Notes under the pieces: generated by a model | Seen by the model: the letters and a program-made list of their open reading frames with translations, nothing else | Database searches by the model: none | Told to the model about the DNA's origin: nothing | Shown here: one piece after another, positions 15,001 through 21,000 of the stretch | How positions within the stretch are numbered: the stretch's first letter is position 1 | How the letters are laid out: each line of letters begins with the position of its first letter | Program-made: the position numbers and the translations under genes | Assembly: GCA_009995385.1 (NCBI GenBank) | Contig: JAACPT010000002.1 | Span: 759 to 64,758 of the forward strand | Source of the DNA: Candidatus Parcubacteria bacterium | GTDB taxonomy: Bacteria; Patescibacteriota; Minisyncoccia; Phycocordibacterales; UBA918 | Direction of reading: 5' to 3' | Length of the DNA: 64,000 nucleotides

Positions 15001-18000
15001 TATCAGTACTAAATGATATTTCGTACTCCAACTCATCGCTCTGTGGGTCAGTCGATACAAAATCAAACACCGGTAGTGTCTCAACCGTTTTTTGGTTATC
15101 AAAGAGATCACCGAGTATTGGTGTCTCTACTCGCAGACCCCAGCGAATAGTCCAATCCTGCAAAGAAAGTGTACTACCATCAAAAGTCGCCACTAGACGA
15201 AGTTCGTTATAAACAGCAGTATCAAGTTCACGAAGACTAATCGGAGCAATTGAAACACCGGTTGAGTTTCCAGGAAGTAAGGTATTCGGAATCAGCTGCC
15301 ATGAACCGCCATTTTTATACTCCACCTGAATTCGAATTTCACCTACAGTCTCAGTATCACTCCAATCAACCTCGCCCCAGGCGTTACCAACTACAGCCGT
15401 ATCAAAATCAACTGGTGTGCTGACCATCATGCCAAGTACTCCACTGGCACTGACTGCTCCTGCTGTCGTTGTAAGATTCGTCAGGGTATTAGTTGTAAAT
15501 TGCTCACCGGTGGTTTGGAACCATTCACTCGTCTGCAAATTTTGATTGGTCGTAAAGCTCGTTGGAAGAGACCACTCACTCGCCGTCGCTGAACCAAGTG
15601 GATCGGACGCTCGTACGCGCCACCAGTACGTGGTACTCGAAGCGACACTAGTTGGTGCGGTAAAACGGATAAGGTTACCAGAAGTAAACGGTGCTTTGTC
15701 TGACGGTAGTGTGACGTTTTCAAAGTTAAGTGGGTAAGCGGTTGAATTACGATCAATCTCGACACTCGCAAACGTCGGATCATCGTCTACTTGTACCTGG
15801 TATTGAATATCATCACTCGCCAAATCAATCGAAACAAATTCCAAGACTGGAGTCAAATCAGTAGTATGTTCATTGTCGAAATAAACAAGATTTGATGGTG
15901 TGTTTGGTGGACCAACAGTGATGAGCTCTGGATAAGTAGTGTACGTTGTTAGCTCGTGACCAGTTGCTCGAACCATGCGAAAACAGTAAGTAGTATTGAT
16001 ATCGACACTTACCGCCTCGATTACCCAATCCCATTCACCCACCTCACCAATTCCAATCTCATTTGGAATAAGGTTGGAGTAGTTACGTTCCTCGTACGAA
16101 GCTAGGACTGTCGAACTTGCGAGCGTCGTTGAAGACAACGTAGTACCATCCTCTAGGGTAGGATTGTTATACCCTCTAAATAGTGCTGTGGTGCTTCCGA
16201 TTTCACCAAGATCATGCCAAGAAGTGGCTGATGAACACTGCCCAACACCAGCAGCCGCTGCATATTGGAGTGTGAAGGCAGACGACTGTACTGTAGCGGT
16301 CGCCGTCGTGACTGCTAGGTTCATCCGTAAGCGCAAGATATCACCGTCATCGACTGCACCTGAACCGCTAATCGCTACACCTTCTTCAACATCTTCTGAA
16401 GCGTTAATCGGCCAACTTGAAGTTGGCGTCTGCAAAGTGGTATTTTCATACCACCTATACGACAATTGCTCCAGGTCATCATCGTATGTAATAATCGTCG
16501 CAGATTCTTGTGCACCAAAGCCAATAAGACGATTGGTGACACCGTCGAACTTTCTCGCCTGCACTGAACCAAGGATATTCTTTTCATCTTGTTCTACATT
16601 GACGTCCTCGTAAATAACGTAGAACGGCTTGCCATTTGTAGAAACAATCTGGTGACCAGCGGTGAAGTTGATTGCATCCCCATTAGTACCATTACCATGA
16701 TTAAAATATGCTTTACCAGGATTATTTCCAACTGGAGAACAGGTGGCACTTTCCACTAAATTACCTGCGCTGTCCTGCACCTCTAGCGCGACATCGCCAA
16801 AACGCGGTGAACAAACCACTGCCGCATACGCTGCATCATTGGTCATAAAGTATCTCGTTCCAAATTCGTGCTGTGGCCAAAAAACAGTCGCTTCATTACC
16901 ATCACCGTCAGCCATTTGCACTGCAGAAATCGGCTGAATAGCACCAGTAAATCGTACTGCCGAACCGGCGCCTTCAGCGGCTGTGGTACATTGCGTAATA
17001 TCGTCTTTTTCACCTCTGGTAGTGCCAGTAGTCGCACCGCCAGTACCAACTGAACAGTAAACGGTTGCATCAGGATTATCAGCGGTAGCCGATAAATGGA
17101 AGTAGTTCGAATCAACACCAAAGAGGTCTCGAGTGGTCGGTGGATAAGCCACAATGCCATCCCCCGGGTTGGTCGTACGATGCATCAAAAGCACCGGACT
17201 AGTAGCTTCTACTACTATACCGTTTCCATCTACCCCGGAACCAGAATCAGTTGGATCTGTAGTCGATGTTGAAGCGGTATTTTTTGGGATGACAATAGTT
17301 TGACTAGCTGTGCCACTGTTACCTATGTAGGTAGAAACGGTGGTAGTAGCAAACGGAGCGTGAATGTACCAGCGATCAGCAGCTCGGTTCAGTGGTACAG
17401 CAAAGGTGGTGGTAGCAAAGCTAATAGGCGCAAGCGTATCGCTACTATCAGTGCTATTACCAGTTACCGTGCCAGAAATCGGCCCAAGTGTACTGATAAT
17501 TGAGCTACCCGTGAACGTAGCAAAAGTGGTGCGCTCACCCTGATTGAGCGGCACAGGTGTCCCACCATCAATCGAGACTGCATTGCCGTCAATCAAACTT
17601 TGTACCGAAATACTTGTCGCGCCAGAGTCATCAACAACGTAGTACAGGTCGGTACTGGTGCTGTAGCTAAAAGTTGCTAACTCATCACTTGCAGAAGTAG
17701 CACCAGTACTTCCATAATACATATATATAGTAGTTTCCTCTCCAGCCGGAATACTATCCACCTGAACCCAAATATCTGCTTGGTCACTAGTGTTATCAAA
17801 ATGTTGCACCCAGAAATCAAGCTCAACGAAATCAGTAATCGCGAGATCCTCAGCCGATGACGTAGCCACAAAACTAGACACATTGTTCATGTTTGCGTAC
17901 TCTACAGCCAGCCAATTTTTATTGCGTACGACACTAGCAAACCGCAATTCATCGAGCTGACCCTCAAAGTTTTGGTTGTTTTGGAATCCACCGCCGAGCG

Positions 18001-21000
18001 AATCTTGCTCTTGTCCCACAATAAGACCACCATTAGCAATCGAAAGCGGAGCAATAGGTTGTGGGTCAGGGTTTTCTGTATCACCAACACCATTGACGTA
18101 AAAATTGACTTCGTCAATTGCGTCTTCACCGGTCACAGCAAAAAAGTTCCAGCTGCCCGTATTATGGGTGCCAATGGTATCAGAAAGACCAAAGCTTTCA
18201 AAAGCGTTTTGATAAAACAACTGAAGATTACTTGTATTACTAAAGTATATAATGTACTCGTTAGAACCAGCTGCGGTATTATCTTTGGCTCCTGACACAA
18301 TCGTCTGAGCTCCTCCGATGGTCGTCTGGTGCCACCATGAAGTGGTCAGGTTTGATACTCCATTCAGAACCTCACGAGGTAAGATTAAGTAATCATTCTG
18401 ATCATCGCCAAATTCTTGCCCTTTCCCAAACAGACCAACTTTACTGTTCGAAGTATTGTAGTCATCACCATCATACTGATTGCTGGTTGAATCTTTATAG
18501 AGATTGAGGTTACTGGTCCCTACCGCATCTTCCTCGAGGTGATATACCGCTAGGTAATTATTGGTCCAGACATTATTAGAACCATAGGTACTCGTACGAC
18601 TGTATGGCAATGCATCTTCATTTTGGTAGTAGATATAAAAATCGTTGGCAGCGTTTCTATTAAGATTTGTCTTAAAATACAACTCACCAGAATTGGTGCC
18701 TTTATCAATAGATACTAACTCGAATGGTAGCTCGGTGACTCCGTCTCCCGTGGTGATACGGATATCTCTACCGTCAGTCTTTACCGCACTAAAGAACTCA
18801 GTCCCAAACATTGAGAGATCTATATATACAGGGAAATCAGTCAGATTCGCACTAATCTTTGCTTGTGGAATTGAGAATTTCAATCTCTTTCCCCAGCTAG
18901 TGCTATACCAAGTGAGATTGGCTGCATTATCTGGCACTTGTGAATCACCGATCGAATAGAAATGTGTTGGATCAGAGAGATTGCTGGTTTCTAGCCTCAC
19001 ACGTTCATCGGTTCTAGTAGTGAGCGCAACACGGAGTTCATCAACCTGACCGTTCCACCAAGTGTTGGTGCCAGTGCGAGCAACACTGAATCCACCAGCG
19101 CCGGTATTGGTTGGATTACCCACTGTTTGTGGTACTGATTCTATCAGCACTCCATCTTCAAAAACTAAGTTGTTTCCAGAAATTGAAGTAGTACCAACTG
19201 TACCAAAAGCACTCCAAGTAGAGGTAGCTCGGGCAAGCGTATATGTTGCACCACCAGTAGCACCAAAGTAATGGAGACCGGTAGCTGCAGTATTAAGACC
19301 GGTATACCAAGGCCGGAACTCCATATCGTCTGGTTGGTTAGCAGTACCCCACTGCCATAAAGCTGAGTTACTCACAACCGGCATACGGTAAAGACCAGTA
19401 ATGACGAGTGGGTCACCACCAGGGAAAGTCCAAGTTGTAGAAGCCAAGTATCCAGATACTGCCGTAAAGTCATACGCTGTTCCCATCTGACCAGTAGTCG
19501 TCGCAGGAGCAGCAGTGATGACTGTTAGGTCGTGACCGTACCCTGTTTCATCAGTAAGCACATTACCAACCGTAGATGGATTATCACTGAAGTGATATAC
19601 CGCCTGATAGCCCGCCCCAGTCCAAACTGCCTGCGATCCAGATGGATCGCTAGAAGCATACCCTGACGCAGCAGTATTATCGTAATACACGTAGAAGGTA
19701 TTAGCAGCATGAGCAGCGATTGCTGACGCTAGGAAATGTAACTCCCCCGTTTGCGCCGTTGTGTTTATCTCCACCAAATCTATTGGTAGTTCAGTTCCAT
19801 CACTGGTCGTCACTCTAATATCACCACCATCACTTTTCACCCCTGCCCAAAAACCGGCATCAAAAAGTGAGAGGTCCACATAGACTGGGAAATTGCTTTG
19901 ATCTTCAGTCACCGTCAGTGGCGGGATAGTGATGGCGACTCGACCGCCAAAGCTCGGGTCAAACCAATTCGTCTGCGCAGTGCCAGCATTACTAAAGTTG
20001 CCAGTAGACACCTGCTGTGCAAAGCGAATATCACTTCCATCGGCTGCTACATTGTTCCAAAAATCAGTCAGTGCACTACTAATTTCCAAAAATACCTGGT
20101 ATTCAGAAAGATCAGTCGTACCATTGGTGTTATCAATAGTGATTGGCATCCGGTAGCTCCAGTCTGATGTCCAAAATGGGTCAAGAAGTCCATACTCACT
20201 GTTACCAATTACTTCAATCCAGTATTCCCCATTTGAAAACGGTGGAAAAGCAATGTCCATCTTGAAGTACTTTGTTTCTCCTGGCTCAATCAGGTACGTA
20301 CCAGGAGTATGGGCACGTACTTCAAATTCCGCCGGAACATCTTTTTTATCTGGTCCCAACCCAACAAACTGAGCAATTTTACGAAGAACCCCTGGTCGTG
20401 GTTGTTCCCCCGCTGCAGTAGCTATCTTTTCCCATCCTGGTTCATATCGAGTCATATTATGCTCCGCAACTTTGACATCAAGCATGACACAGGCGGTATT
20501 AGCACCATCTAGCTCGTCACATTCACGAACCACATTAGTATTTCGACACGAATACGCTGGTATCTGATCTTCGACTGCAATGATTTCCTTACTCTCTATG
20601 ACACGCTCAATACCTGCTTCCTCTTCGAAAACCAGTGCAGTGGTTGTAGCAATTTCTTCACTCGTGACCTCTAGAGTGGAAGTACTTTCGGAGGAAATCG
20701 GTAAGACTGACCTACTACTTGCTTCTGCAAGTACTGCATCCTCAGCGAGTTGGCGCGAGAGAGCGTCTAGACTTTCGGGTAACTGCTCACCTACGTATTC
20801 CCAACCCGCCTCGCAATGGTACACATATGGTCGATACTCAGGGATTACTGCGGTACGTGGTTTATTCTGGTTGAACATCTCAAGTGAGACTACCTCTCCA
20901 ACTTCTCGCGGGAAGTAGGTTTGAATAGAGAATTCTTCTGCCTTCGAAGCAGTATTGGTCACACTAAAATAGGTGGCTACTTCAGAAAGTCCTTGGTAGG

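Noticed and set aside
7715-19970. DGR template/variable repeats or a CRISPR array among the repeats
   Set aside because: The repeats are long protein-level duplications diverged at all bases. I saw no adenine-specific pair, reverse transcriptase, cas gene or regularly spaced direct repeats.
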